Source: Gnetum montanum (lineage: Eukaryota > Plantae > Gnetophyta). From it: DNA of 64,000 nucleotides. Below the pieces are notes generated by a model. The model was not told the DNA's origin. It saw nothing but the letters and a program-made list of their open reading frames with translations, and did not search any database. The number at the start of each line of letters is the position of its first letter. Position 1 is the stretch's first letter. Below, piece by piece: positions 63,621 to 64,000 of this stretch. The translations under genes and the position numbers were made by a program. The stretch covers positions 615,863-679,862 of the forward strand of contig MNCI01000472.1 in assembly GCA_015680685.1 (NCBI GenBank), given 5' to 3'.

Positions 63621-64000
63621 AATCCTTCAAAGGATTTCAGAACTATTTAAAACCCGATTGATTGTGAAAAGGGGCAATTCATTAAGTATGACTACCACAT
63701 CAGCTTGTACAATAGCTCATAAAACCAAAATTGGCTCTACAAAATAGTTTACTCAAGTTAGCTTCACAAGATTAAAGCATGAGGAAAGATTATAAAATCT
63801 TCCTAGTATATCAATCCTATGTGATACATAAGCTATGTTATGAAGAAGGTTACTAGAATCATAAACTAGTTCTACAATTAGGAGTGAAAGCAGTCCTACA
63901 TGTCACACCATTACTCAAAGAATGAGCTTGAAATTAAGCATTGTTTGTAGAACCGAAATATGGTTCCATTAGCAAGCGTATAAGCAATTCTGCCAAGTCA

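Overview
Eukaryotic, land-plant-type genomic DNA with assembly gaps. I read it by eye and ran no database searches. (1) The window holds the 3' part of one host gene on the minus strand: 20 phase-consistent exons over 62887-17607, about 868 codons, with the 5' end outside the window. It encodes an intact Upf1-like SF1 helicase that closely follows animal ZGRF1. It has one GC-AG intron and a roughly 250-aa C-terminal tail ending in a FANCM-MM2-like FxxxFDLGF motif. (2) Its introns and flanks are packed with transposons: two complete non-autonomous Athila-like Ty3/gypsy LTR elements with 5-bp TSDs (4286-9926 and 42312-52450), an RTE-clade LINE, tRNA-derived SINEs and degenerate LTR remnants. (3) The most unusual component is a family of L1-clade LINEs with about 10 fragments of different ages. 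Their ORF2 does not stop after the zf-RVT zinc finger. It continues into a domain resembling the extra (env-like/'plant transposon protein') ORF of LTR retrotransposons, then a long coiled coil, and finally a DnaJ/Hsp40-type J-domain whose HPD motif can be reconstructed from four differently mutated copies. Poly(A) tails, 5' truncation and TSDs show that this J-domain module is retrotransposed as part of the LINE.
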